From: Sphaerodactylus townsendi
Lineage: Eukaryota
Direction of reading: 5' to 3'
NCBI RefSeq assembly: GCF_021028975.2
Contig: NC_059426.1
Location: 73,222,001-73,286,000, forward strand
Length of the DNA stretch: 64,000 bases
Shown one piece after another: positions 11,291-23,427 of this stretch. Position 1 is the first letter of the stretch. Every line of letters begins with the position of its first letter. The notes beneath the pieces were generated by a model. It ran no database searches. It saw nothing but the letters and a program-made list of their open reading frames with translations, and had not been told where the DNA came from. The position numbers and the translations under genes were made by a program.

Positions 11291-13702
11291 TGTGAAGAAA
11301 CATTTGTTTGGGGTAAGTATGTTCCCTATTTGTAGATTTAAATATCTCCAGTTAAGGGGCACAGCTAGCAGTTAGGTATCTAGATTGATGGGTAATAATA
11401 AAATTGTCTTAAAGGGCACAACAGGATAGAATGTGATCTGCTCTTTTCTTAGAAGTAAAAATGCACAATTAAGGACCTTCATTTCTTCATCTTGTGTGAT
11501 GCCAGCCAGGTTTGGAATAAGCATTTGGTGGCCTTTCTACAGAGAGTTTATTTTTGTGCTGGCTTGAAACCAAACAAGACAAATCCTTTCCCCAAAGAGG
11601 TTTGCCATATGCTGATAAAGAGGTGGTTGGAAGGAAGGACTGTGAGACACTTGGGTTCTGCTACACACAGCAGGTGCTCACAAACATACACATACAGCAT
11701 TTAATATAACACGAGTTGTTAAACACTAGGCCAGAATTTCAGCAAACTCAGCCTATTTTTCAGAAACAACATACAAACATTTCCAGCAAATGCACTTAAT
11801 AGAAATTTGTTTGCCAGTGGAGATTGCTTGCTTCCCTGGGGCTATGAGAAAATAGTTTTGCTTAAATGGAGAAGGCAAATGAACAGTTTGCCCAGTCTTT
11901 ACACTCCATGTAGTGAGTATTTATACACCTGATATATGGGACATTTTGCAGGGCAAGAAGAAACCTTTGTGTGTGTGTGAACCTGCCATTTAAGCTTCCC
12001 TTTCAGGGAAATCATGGTTCTGTTTTACTCCACCGTGTTTCATGAACTTGCTTTTCTCTCCCTCTCCAGCTAAATCTATTGTCCCTCATCCAAGACTGGA
12101 TGCACATAATTCTCCACTGCTCAGCAACCTCCTTAACCATGTTTACCAGGGCAAAGTGTTCATCAGGTTAGATATCGGGTTATGCCCCAGAAACCATTCT
12201 CTGTGAGGTATTAAGCTTCCATTGTTCTGGATGCCCAGGTTCTTCAGAACCTGGATGCACAAAACAAATGTCAGAATTGTTAGTGTAAGGATACTGAATG
12301 AACCAAGGATACAGCTAAAACCTTAGTTCAATTTCTGTTGTGGTTGCAAGCTTAGAAAACTGTGTTGAAGGTTGATTTTACTATAAAAGCTGTGCATAAA
12401 TCTTCTAAATAAATGTAATTTTAAAAACTGAACCTGGGTCAAAGTCCTATACTCTGCAAATTGTGTCAAGAAATTCTGCAGGATGAACCAGATGGCTTAA
12501 TGAAGAACAAAAGTGATAGAAACAGGCCAAAATTCAGTAGAACAAATGTTTGAAGGTCATGCATTCAGGGACTGATAAACATCTTTTTAAAAAATCAGCT
12601 AGGAACAGAAGAGAACAGAGCTGAGGATCATAGTTGGTCATTAGATGATGTGAGGGTCGTTAGCAAGACACAATTTCACAAAGATGTGTCTCACAAATAT
12701 GTTAAATCTAAGAAACATTAGAAGAATCCATATTGCCATATAATAATTCATATTGCCATATATTAGAAAGAAGATTTAATAACATCAACTCCTAATCTGA
12801 CAGAGAAACAATCTAGTCCTGATAGTACAGAGCTTATTATCTAAACTGAATTGGCAATAGCCTGTTAGAAATAGTTCATTTTGTGTATATCCTGCTCTCT
12901 TGCAGGTGACAGCCAAGTAATCAAGTGTACAATAACCAGTGGAAAGGGCTTTCATGACTGAGCTCCTGGTCATAAAATTAGTGGTGAATTGTTACTTCAC
13001 ACTCTGAGATGCTTATAGAGTCTCCAGGAAAATCAGTTATGGACATTTCCTCTCTTGCATATCCTGTGTTCCGGGGCTTACAGTCCTGAGGCAAAGAGAT
13101 ATCAACCAGGTGGGAACATTTTATGTAGTTTGGATTAAGAAAGGCAAAAGCTAGAGGTTCTATAGGACTGCCTGAAACCCTATTAGCTTCTTGATTCATC
13201 TAGCTTCTGCTGAATTGATAGCCATAATCTGCAGCTGAAACACACAAAGCAAGCCAGCAGCTCCCCCCTCACTATGGTGATGTGATGCAGGGACTGCCAG
13301 CCAAATTCCCTTGTATGTGAAATCACCAGTGTGAAAAAAAAAGTGCAGGATCTGAGTAAAAAAGAAGGGGAAATCTCTAACCTTTATTGCAACAAGTATG
13401 CATAGGATTACTGTCTACCTTTTCCAATGGATATGATATCAGTCTGAATAAAACTCCACATGCAAGTACATACTGGTCTTAGCAAAATTTGGTTTCTGAA
13501 TGATGTACAGCCCCTTCCAGTTAACATATGCAATTCCTCTATGTGTTATGCTTTTCTGAAGCAGCTTGCAAACAATGCATAAATATTTGTAATAGGATCT
13601 TCAGAATGGAGAGGTGACATTGAAATGCCTACCTTTGTTTAATCAAAGTGTTCAGGGACCTTGCCCCTGGATTTCCACCTTGACCAGAAGAGGGCCTGGA
13701 AG

Positions 13703-14955
13703 CAGTGACGTAGGTATAGATTTTTATGGGGGGGTTCGGGGGCAAGGCCACACCCCCACCCTGCCCTGGGGGCATGGCCACAACTCCCCAAGCCCCGCCC
13801 CTGGCCTCAGTGTTTATAAAAGCAGCTCTCCGAGGCCAGAGATGGCAGACTCCCCTGCCCTACCTGCCCTGCCCTGCCCTGCCCCGCCCTGCCCCGCCCC
13901 GCCCCGCCCCACCCCACCCTGCACCCCACACCCCCACTAGCTGGGCTCCCTGCTGGTAGCCAGCAGTCCCTTCTCCCTCCCCTCCAGGCACATGGGGAGC
14001 TAGGGAAAATGGAGCCTGGTGTAAAACCTGAGGTTTGTGCCCTCCCCCATGGGTGGCTGCTGTGATGCTGAAATCCACCCCCAAACACCATCACTTTCAA
14101 TGGTGGTTAAATTAGGGAGCCCAGATTCTCCTTTTAAATCCATCTTAAAGGGAGAATCTGGGGTCCCCAGTTAAAACAACATTGAAAGTGATGCTGTTTT
14201 GGGGTGGATTATCCCCCATCCTGAAACAGCATCACTTTCAAGGTTTATTCTGGGGACCTCAGATTCTCCTTTTAAATCCATGCCAAAGGGGTTGGATTCA
14301 AACGGAGAATCTGGGGAAATCTGGGGGTCAATTTTCCTGCTGTCAGGGGTGCAATTGTTAAGCTAGCAGCACCAAACTTGCAGGGTATCTTTAGGAGATT
14401 CTCCTGATGATACCACCCAGGTTTGGTGAGGTTTGGTTCAGGGGGTCCAAAGTTATGGACCTTCAAAGGTGTAGCCCCCATCTTCTATTAGCTCCCATTG
14501 GAAACAGTGGGGGATGAGGCACCCCTTTTGGGAGTCCATAACTTTGGACCCCCATGAGGCAACCTTCATCAAACCTGGGTGGTGGCAGCAGGAGACTCTC
14601 CTGATGATACCATCTAGGTTTGGTGAAGTTTGGTTCAGGGGGTCCAAAGATATGGACCAATCTACTATTAGCTCCCATTGGAAACAATGGGGGATGGGGC
14701 ACCCCCTTTGGAGGCCCATAACTTTGGACCCCCTGAACCAAACTTCACCAAACTTGGCTGGTATCATCAGGAGTGTCACTTGACGATAGCCTGAAATTTT
14801 GGTGCCACTATCCTAAAACTGCGTCCCCTGCAGGCCAAAAACCGAAAAAATCACTTTAAAATACAAAAACCCCACAAACGGCGGGCGGAGCTTCAGACAT
14901 CCAATGGGGGGGTTGAACCCGAGACGTATCTTTTGAACCCTTACGTACATCCTTG
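13703..14955. mobile_element. hAT-type non-autonomous element, about 1.25 kb
   Basis: Ends cagtgacgtagg ... cgtacatccttg. The 8-bp TSD cctggaag / cccagaag differs only by CpG decay. A second copy lies at 45420-46067. Confidence 0.85.
13853..13936 (-). repeat. (CCCTG/CCCCG/CCCCA)n pentamer array; G-quadruplex potential on the minus strand
   Basis: Many consecutive C3-C4 runs read directly. Confidence 0.8.
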
Positions 14956-17328
14956 CCCAGAAGGCCTGTGAGAACCCCCAAGAGAAAGATTTACCCAGGC
15001 TCTAGAGACTCACAGGGCATCAGACGGCAGACAGACCCTGCAGGACAAGGCAGCTTGCAGGAAAGAGCCCTTCCCTGAGCCAGAGGTTGTCTGGGCTCCA
15101 AAGGCCTCACAGCAACAGAAAAAGTCTAGAAGGCAGGCTGAGCTACACCCAGGCATGGCCAACATCAGAAGCCCAGGCCCTCAGTTAGCCCAACTAAGGT
15201 CACTGCCCTCTTGAAACAGTAACAGGGAAGAGGTGGGGCCAGCTTGGCTGGCAGGGAAGGGAAAGAGCAAGTGGGCTGCATTAGGGCCCTTAAAGGCTCA
15301 GAGGGAAGAACCCAGATTGGGGGAATAAAAAGGGTTAGAGCCATGTAGCTATGGCCCAATTTAGGACCTGTTAGCCTTGCAAAAGATCCACTGAAGTGCA
15401 GCTGCACCCAGATACCCTGCCTGAGGCCAGAGGAAGGGCTCCTCAGACCATGGGGGAGGGGCACCTTGGGCAGCACTGAGGCTCAGAGACTCGACACGGA
15501 GACCTTTCTACCACCTCCTGCTCCCTCCCCCCCCATGCTCTACTTATTCCTGATTTTCTGAAGCATCTATCTACAGGCATTGGAATTGGTTGGGACAAGG
15601 TTCTTTCACGTGTCTGCCCTCCCTGGGCACGTGTGGAGTAAGTTATGGAGTCAGTTTATTTTCTTCTACACATGGCTTAAATAGTGAGGATTTTCAAGAG
15701 AATGTGCTTTCTTTAGTGTTGTTATTGATTGCCTCAGAGCACCTCCTTCTTTTTAAAAAAATGACCTAAAATATCAATATATTGCTGTGGTGTTTAAGCA
15801 GTTTCCCTGAATTTCTGGCTTTCATTTTTTAAAAAGTAAGTACCGGTATCTAATCCTTTTCCCTGTGGAGAAATAAGGAGAAAAGCATATCTGAGTGAAG
15901 GAAGGGAATACAGATTTCCTTTTTTAAAAATGAAAGCTGAGAATTCAAACTGCTTAAACTAGTCTATCATTGCAACACTATGGTGAATATTTTAGGGCCT
16001 TTAAAAATAGATCATTTGTCTGGGTGTGGGGGGGGGGGAGGGGTGGTTGAATTATGATGACAGTCCAATAATTTAAAAGTGGGCTGGAGATGGATGGTGT
16101 TGGAAATAATGTCCTGCATGCAAAGAAACAAACTAAAAAGTAGACTAAGCAGGGGGCAGGCAAGTGGTCAGCTAGTTAAGGCTGTGAGGTTAGAGACCCT
16201 TCGATCCTTCTGTGTCACCTCTTGTTAGCCCTTTAGCCTGATATTCTCTGTTCTAATTTCTCCCTCATTCTCTAGCTAGTGATTAGCTGAAGGCCATCCC
16301 TGACTGTCAGCTTTCCTATCTAAAATGTAGTTCCCTAATAAACATTTAATTTTGCCATTAATCAGTGAGTCTGACACTTCTCTGCATAACTAGCAATCTC
16401 CCAAAAGGTGAGATAAAGAAAATTGACAAACATTGCACACTAGCAAAAAGCCCACTCAAAATCAGCTTCCAGAAGAAGATGGGGGTAAAAGTGGTCTCAA
16501 AAGAGCCAGAACCACACCCCATACGGGGGATACAAAAAAGAAGAAGTGAAAACTAAAGACACATAAATGCTTGTGAAAATCAGTGGGTAAACTGAAGCCA
16601 TATGGGGCCAGACAGCAGTGCATCTAGGGTGCAGAAGCCAGGTTAGAGCAGCCTAGGCACCACTTGATAACGGGTTTCCTGGGCCATCTGGCCCCTCCCC
16701 ACCAACAGTTCCCCTCCAAATGTGTCAAGCTTTAAACTGTGGGCTCTGTCAAGGTGGAACCCACAGTTCCATCCTGGGCTCAGCTTGGTGGGTTCCATCT
16801 TTAAAATGCACGCTCTTTCTCTAAAGTCCACATTTACTTCTGAGGCAGAGCCAGATGTATAATGCTGAACCTGGCCAGGCCAAGCCCACAGTTTGACACA
16901 GAGACAGAGGCTCCAGTTTAAAGCTGGACCCAGCCAGGCTGAGCCCAGCATCAAACGGCCAGCTTGGCCTGTCTGGGTCCAGCATTATACGGCTGACTTT
17001 ACCCCTAGAACTCCACCTCCCAAGTCAGGTGGACTTCAGAGGTGGAGTTGGCAGTATAAAGCTGGACATAGCCAGGCCAAACCTGCAATTGGATGCCAGG
17101 TTCATTGCTGAACTGCTGGTGCTGCCTCTGAAATCCATGTGTACTTTGGAAGTGGAACCCACAATTGAACAGTGGACCTAGTCAGGCTACAGAGAAAGGA
17201 AGGAGGGAGGGTTTTTCAGTGCTTGCCTTGGATGTTGTTTTCCATAGATATGCTTCTGGGGCCAGAACTGACTAAAGCCCAGATGGAAAACAGCACAGTC
17301 AAAGTGAACAATAATCTACATAAATCTA

Positions 17329-17405
17329 CAATTAGTCATGCTGGCAGGGGCTGATGGGAACTGTAGTCCATGAACATCTGGAGCACCATAGGTTGGCCAC
17401 CCCTA
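17329..17405. mobile_element. Right half of a palindromic hAT MITE related to the 7599 element
   Basis: caattagtcatgctggcaggggctgatgggaactgtagtccatgaacatctggag...ggttggccacccct. Confidence 0.85.
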
Positions 17406-19027
17406 CTCTAACTGCTAGAAAAAATACATTGGTCTCTAACAGAACCTTTGGTGTGATCCAACAGAACTCTTCTTATGTTGTTTGTTATATTATGTTGTTA
17501 TGTTAAGCAGGCATCGGACTGCTTCCTTCTTACTTACTTCTGTAACATTCCATTTATACCAGACTGAATGCAAATAATAATTCAAAGAATTAGCAGAAGA
17601 AAATGTACCACTTGCTAATTAACCTCTATAGGTGAACTGCAAATACACCAACAATTTCAGTGTATTTGAATCCAATTGTTGTTGCATCTCATGTCACAGA
17701 ACAGATATACTGGCAGTTCTCAGGGATAATATTATCTGAGCGATACATTCTACTTTGGAGTTTTATGTCACTGAATTATGAATCAGGCCAGTCCTAAATA
17801 AATGACGTAAAAACAAGTTCCATTGATTGACAACATCCACTGGAACAATTTACATACAGCAGCTACTGCCGCATAAGACAGTTTTGAATGTGCAAATAAG
17901 GAGCTTCCATTGCTGGGTATTCAGGGCATGGGGAAATGTCTCTGCAAGGTTTTTCTGGTAATGAAGGTTGGCTTTTAAAATCATGATGTTTCAACAAAAA
18001 AAGGGGCTTCTCTTTTTTTGCATAAAACATTCCCTGCTTGTGGAATGTTGTGGCAAAATTGCTCCTGAGTTCAATGAACTGGGATTTTATTCTTTAGATG
18101 TTATGTGACATACACACAAAGAAAATGAGAGAGATTAAGAAGAACAAGCTGAATTTTTCAGATGTGTTCAATAAGTCATGCTCTTTGCTTTAGTCTTTTT
18201 TTTCACAGAAAAGAGTTTGAGTGGTTTTACAGATAAATCCTCCAGAGGATGAAAGGAAAGAAGGGTTGTCATGCCTCTTTTTTACCAGTGGGAATCAGCA
18301 GCAAAGATAGGGAAGAGGGTCTGTTTCCAAGTCAGCTCAGCAGTCCAGGAAAAATCAAAATGAGCTACATTTTTTAAAAATGTCATATTGGATTTTCAGC
18401 CGTCTTCAGAAACGATTCTGCAGTTTGATACATGAAATTTGAATGCAGCCATATAGATTGAGCAGAGACATGTGATACAGTGGATTATCATTTCTATATA
18501 CCCTTCAGTGCCTCATCATTAATTCTTCTCAATTTGTCTAATTTTTTTCCATGATAGATGATTCAGCTTTGCTGCAGTGCTTGGAAAGGGAAGGGCAAGG
18601 CTCTCAGGGCTGGTCCTCTAGTGGTTTCAGCCATTTCTGTCAAGAGAGCACACGAGGAGTCACCATCAGGAAGGCTGAGTCATGCATAGAAGTTTTGAAT
18701 TGGGGAGTCACCAGGGGTCAACACTCTCACCAAAAGCTTTCAGCTTTTATTTCCAGTCACTCAATAAGGTAATTGAGAACTTTGGAGTTGGGTGCTAATC
18801 AACATGCTGCATATGCTCAGCTGTGCATGTTCGTTATTAAGCAGTTGTTATTAAGAAGTTGACAAATTTGTACTAAACAAGTGCCTTGAAACTGTGGGCA
18901 AGTGGAAGAAGGGAAACTTTATGAAACTGAATCCAGGTTGTTTCTTTACTTCATTTATAGTCTGCTTTTCCACTGAGACTCAGGGAGAATTACAACATTT
19001 TAAAAACAATGCAATAAAACAGTGCAA

Positions 19028-19756
19028 TCTATATATATATAAATCTGTCAGTGCGTTTTTCTGCTGACAGGTAATCTCCCAAACTACTGGACTGATTGCT
19101 TTGAAATTTTCACACAACGTCGCATTTGCGTGCGGCCAGGTTTCCATACTGTTTCCACACCTCCTGTTGTGTACATATTACAACTGTGCCAGTTATTGTG
19201 TACATGCCACACTTGTGACAGTTGGAACCACAGTTCTGTTCTGCAACATCGCCATCTTCTGGCCGTCAAAGCAACACCCTCTGATACAAGGGAACCAACC
19301 ATGCCTTCCTTGAAAACCACTGCCTTTTGGAGTGAAAGGGATGGGGCGGGCCATCTTCACATGGCCCACCCACCCTAGCGGAGGAAGGGGAAGGTGAGGG
19401 AGGGTCCAGGGGTTTGCTGGACCAAACGCTCTGAAATTTGAACACAACATAGCTCATGCCTCCCAGCGTGTTTTACACTAGATAATTTGCCTGCAAGGGA
19501 AGGGAGTGAAAGGGACAGGATCAGCCACCTGGACATGGCCCACCCACCCTAGCAGAGGAAGGGGAACGTTAGGGAGGGACGGGGAGGGGTGCCATGCAAG
19601 GAAACGGGAGTGAGGGAGGGGAGCGAGGGGCTCCTTGCCCCTCCCCTCCCTTGCAATCATTGTGCAATGACACATGTTCGAACTATTCGCTTCCCCTTTT
19701 CTTTCTTTTACACTTCACCAGACTCAGCCACAGCAACGCGTGGCCGGGCCAGCTAG
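19028..19756 (+). mobile_element. Non-autonomous Helitron
   Basis: A|TC...CTAG|T insertion with no TSD. 5' end 'tctatatatatataaa'; 3' hairpin gccac-agcaacgc-gtggc shortly before CTAG. Internal ~65-bp direct repeat (about 19329 and 19503). Confidence 0.9.
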
Positions 19757-19919
19757 TACATATACAAAAAACCCAACCCTGCCTAAGAATTTTCACCTAT
19801 GTTAAAACTACAACTCTATTTCCTTTATTAAAAAAGCTCTCTTGAATACATTCAGTGGAATGATAAAAGAGTTGGAGCCTTCCTACCTGAACAGGCAAGC
19901 CATTCTACTAGGTGGCAAG

Positions 19920-20270
19920 AACTCTTGGGTACACACAGCTTTTGATCTTACCGATTTTCTGGGTGTCACCTTCAAAAGAGCTTGCTCAGATGAACAAAGT
20001 TGTTGCAATGGAGCATAGTGGGAAAGGCAATCTTACAGATAGTTAATAACCAGTACCTTGAAATGAACCTGGAAACTAATCTGTAAACATCGAAGAGACT
20101 GTAGAATAGGACTGCAAAATGTATACTCTGCATAGTTCCTGACAGCAATCACACTGTGACATTCTGAAGTTTCTAATGTCTTCAAGGACAGCCTGATGTA
20201 CAGTGTATTACAATAGTCTAGTTGCAAGGTTACTGTGCTATGCATCCATATGGCCAGATCAGCTGACTAA
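19920..20270 (-). mobile_element. L2 LINE ORF2 C-terminal fragment
   Basis: ORF 20033-20245 (LQLDYCNTLYIRLSLKTL...SPILQSLRCLQISFQVHFKVLVI) matches the L2-clade 'RLDYCN...HITPVL..LHWLP...FKVLV' motif. Confidence 0.8.
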
Positions 20271-20456
20271 ACACAGAAGTGGTGCATATTGGCTGGGAAA
20301 TAAGTGGACTGATTTACCAACTTTGAAGTGGACTTTTGAAGTGGACTGATTTACCAACTTTGGATAATGTGACATTATAACTAGCAAGTTAAAAATGAAA
20401 GAGTGATCCTGGATCTAGTCTTATTAATAAACATTAAAAATTAATAAATATTATTA

Positions 20457-20877
20457 TCTATATATATAAAAAGCTAACCGTGTGTTTGTTCCTCACGCTC
20501 TAACGCCGAAATGGCTGGACTGATTGCTCTCAAATTTTGACACAACATGGCTTCCCATTGCAGGCAGGTTTTGCAACCTTCACCGGGCCCACAGGTCACA
20601 CCAGAGCCCGGTATAATGCATGTTTCCCTAACCCCGCAGTGGACCAACGAGGGGCTGCCGTACCGGGGAGGGGGTGTGGCTTGGCCACAATTGTCGCAGC
20701 ATGTGTGCTCATGCCACGCAAACCCACCTGCTGCTGGAAGCACCCACAACACACAGGGACAGGAAGGAGGAGCATTCCAAGCCACGCCGTGGGAACAAGC
20801 TGGTATGCCTCTCCCTCCTCCCTTCCGTGCGTGGCTCCACACAGTAAGCCACAGCGAAGCGTGACCAGTTCCGCTAG
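20457..20877 (+). mobile_element. Non-autonomous Helitron (second, shorter)
   Basis: A|TCtatatatataaaa ... gccacagcgaagcgtgacc ... CTAG|T, inserted in an AT-rich site. Confidence 0.9.
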
Positions 20878-20919
20878 TTAATAATAAAATATTAATAATA
20901 AAATATTAATTAAAAAGTT

Positions 20920-21480
20920 CGGTTGGAGCTGTTGCTAAGAATACTTTGTTTTGTCTGCACCTGATTCAGAAACTGTCCCCCTCATACCCCCAGCAGACTG
21001 ACAACTCTTATCCATGCTCTTATAATTCCCAGACTGAATTACTGTACTACAATACACTGGGCCTGAAGACATCCTGGAAATATCATTTAATACAGAATGA
21101 GGCTGCCCACTTGCATGCAAGATTTAGCCTCTGTGTACATATAACACTAATCTTGAAGCTATCGCACTGCCATCCCATTGGCTTCCAAGTTCTTTTCAAG
21201 GTCTCTGCCTCTTCTGTTTAAAGCCTTTCATTACCCAGGACCTACATCTCTGAAATACTCCCTCCCCACCATCAACTTCTGCTCCAACTGTGCTCTTTAA
21301 AGTAGTTTCTTCTTTTGGTCTCTTCCTGTGGCACATTCTGCCTCTGTCTGTTCCCCTGGCGTTTTGGCTTGCTGACTTCATATTATAAACTGCCTTATCA
21401 GAGACAATTTGGAAACCACCAACAGTGATGGAAACCATTTAAATTATGTTAGCATTTTCTGGCAAGAGTTTAATTTGATG
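20920..21480 (+). mobile_element. L2 LINE ORF2/3' fragment
   Basis: LGLKTSWKYHLIQNEAAHL...HITLILKLSHCHPIGFQVLFKV resembles the L2 'LQLVQNAAARL...HITPVL..LHWLP' motif. Confidence 0.75.
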
Positions 21481-22459
21481 TTGCTTTCACACTTTTACCA
21501 TTCTGCAGAATATACAAATGAAAAATGTTCAGAAGGGCATTTTTGTATTGGAATTAGAACAGTGGCAGAATGGATAGTGCCGGAGATCAGGGAGAAGGTC
21601 ATAGTCTATTGCAATATTGCAAAACTTTCTTTTTACTATATTGTCCTCAACCGTTGTTACCGATTTTCTATATTATGATTACGGAGACCTCTCTTCCTTA
21701 CTCCTCTGTTGTTGCCTAGTGCAGCAGAGGGAGAATTTTGGGTGAAACCTTAGAGGGGGGGCATTGCTAGAATATCCCAACAATGCATGAAGTCACTTCT
21801 GGTTACTTGACCAGAAGTGACATTGTGATATAATGGGACACTGTGCAATATTTACCCCCTGAAGCTCCCCGTGATTGCCAGGTCTCACTTGGTAACCCTA
21901 ATTATTATATTTTATGCCTCAAAAATATTTTTTTTCCTTTTTGCTTTCAATGTTATCCAGCTCCATAATCCTAGACAGCCCTATTAGAATCCTCTGCTGC
22001 CTGACTGTATTATATTTTGTAATCTGCCTCTAGTCACAGCAAGAAAGATAGACTATAAATGAAGAAAATAAATAAACATTGAAAGCTTTATGATTTTGTA
22101 GTATGGACATATTTTTTAAACTGTGCTAACTGAACTGTGGTCATATATATAAGTGGCTGTGGTTAATGTGATTTTTTTTCCAAATAAATACATAAATAAA
22201 CAAACACTACCTAGCATTTCCTTTCCTTAGAAACTGTCAATACTTCCCACAACAGCTTTACACCTTCGTGTTCTCTTTCCTTTCTCTTTCACCTTATTTA
22301 TAGATAAGATCTGTTCTCCTCATATAAGGTCTTTTCCTTCTGAAAAATCCTGCTGGTCAAGCAAATGATGCTCTTTGCTTAACATTTACTATCTGGAATG
22401 TGATACAGGGATTTCTGTAGTGCAGACATGGGGAAAGTGCAGACATGGGAGTGGGAGTG

Positions 22460-23427
22460 AGATGAACAAGGGTTGGATGACTTATGAGGAAACACTGAAG
22501 TGTCTGTGACTTTTCAGTTTAGAAAAAAGATAACGGGGGGCGGGATAAGATAGATCTTTATAAAATTATGCATAGGCTGAAGAAGATGAAGTACTTTTTA
22601 ACCCTCTGCCATAATATTAGAACCTGGGGGTACCAAATGAAGTTGAGGGTCAATAGATGTAAGGAGAAATCCAAATAAATACTTATTTACTGGACAGCTA
22701 GGTGTTGTGATGACCGTTATCATAGCTAGTTTAAAAAGAGAACTAGACGAATTCATGGAGAAGATGTCTGTCAGTGGCTACATTAAGCATAAGCCAGAAT
22801 AGTGGTGCTAGGCATCAACTTCACAGTGGGTCAGCTTTAGAAAGTCTGCAAAAGTCCAGGATGTGATAGCAGATTCTTGGACCACTCCAAAGGGGTTAGG
22901 GGAACATGTCTGTGACATAGCTGCCAAGCTTACCAACTGCTGCCTGACATGAGGCAGCTGAGCCAGTCAGGTACTTCTTGACCCCTGAACAAGGCAGTTT
23001 GGCTGCTTCATTCTCCCTCCTTGGGAGAGCAGCAGGGCCATGAGTGGTCAGAGGCAGAGGCGGAGATGCAATGGGGACATCTGGGGCGGCTCGCCCTGGG
23101 CACCGCCATTGCAGTCACGTGTTGGGGTGAGGGTGTCAGGGGTGGGGTGGGCCATGTCGGGGGCATTTTGGGGTGTTTCAGGGGTGGGGCGGGGGTGCAC
23201 GAGCAGTTCATGTCCCAGGTACAATTTCCCCTCACTTTATCACTGGTCAGAGGCCACTGTACCAGGTGCCCCATGGCTAAAACCACCCCTGCATCCGAGA
23301 AAGATCTTAGACTCTATTCCCTGTTGGTTGGTCTTCCAGATCAATAGTTGGCCACTGCATGAAATAGGATGCTGGACTACATGGACAATTGATCTGATCC
23401 AGTAGGCTCTGCTTGTGTTCTTATGTA
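22460..23427 (+). mobile_element. CR1 LINE 3' end with nested DNA-transposon insertions (about 22800-23291)
   Basis: 'tatgaggaaacactgaag...ttcagtttagaaaaaaga', then 'aattcatggagaagatgtctgtcagtggcta', and the terminal 'gatctgatccagtaggctctgcttgtgttcttatgt'. Confidence 0.75.
23055..23245. mobile_element. hAT-type MITE, 191 bp
   Basis: Perfect 8-bp TSD gtcagagg (23047-23054 / 23246-23253) and cag...ctg termini. Related to 57933-58125 in the opposite orientation. Confidence 0.8.

Noticed and set aside
14330-14800. CRISPR-like repeat/spacer appearance
   Set aside because: The context is eukaryotic, units alternate in orientation, the spacers are themselves repeats, and there are no cas genes.
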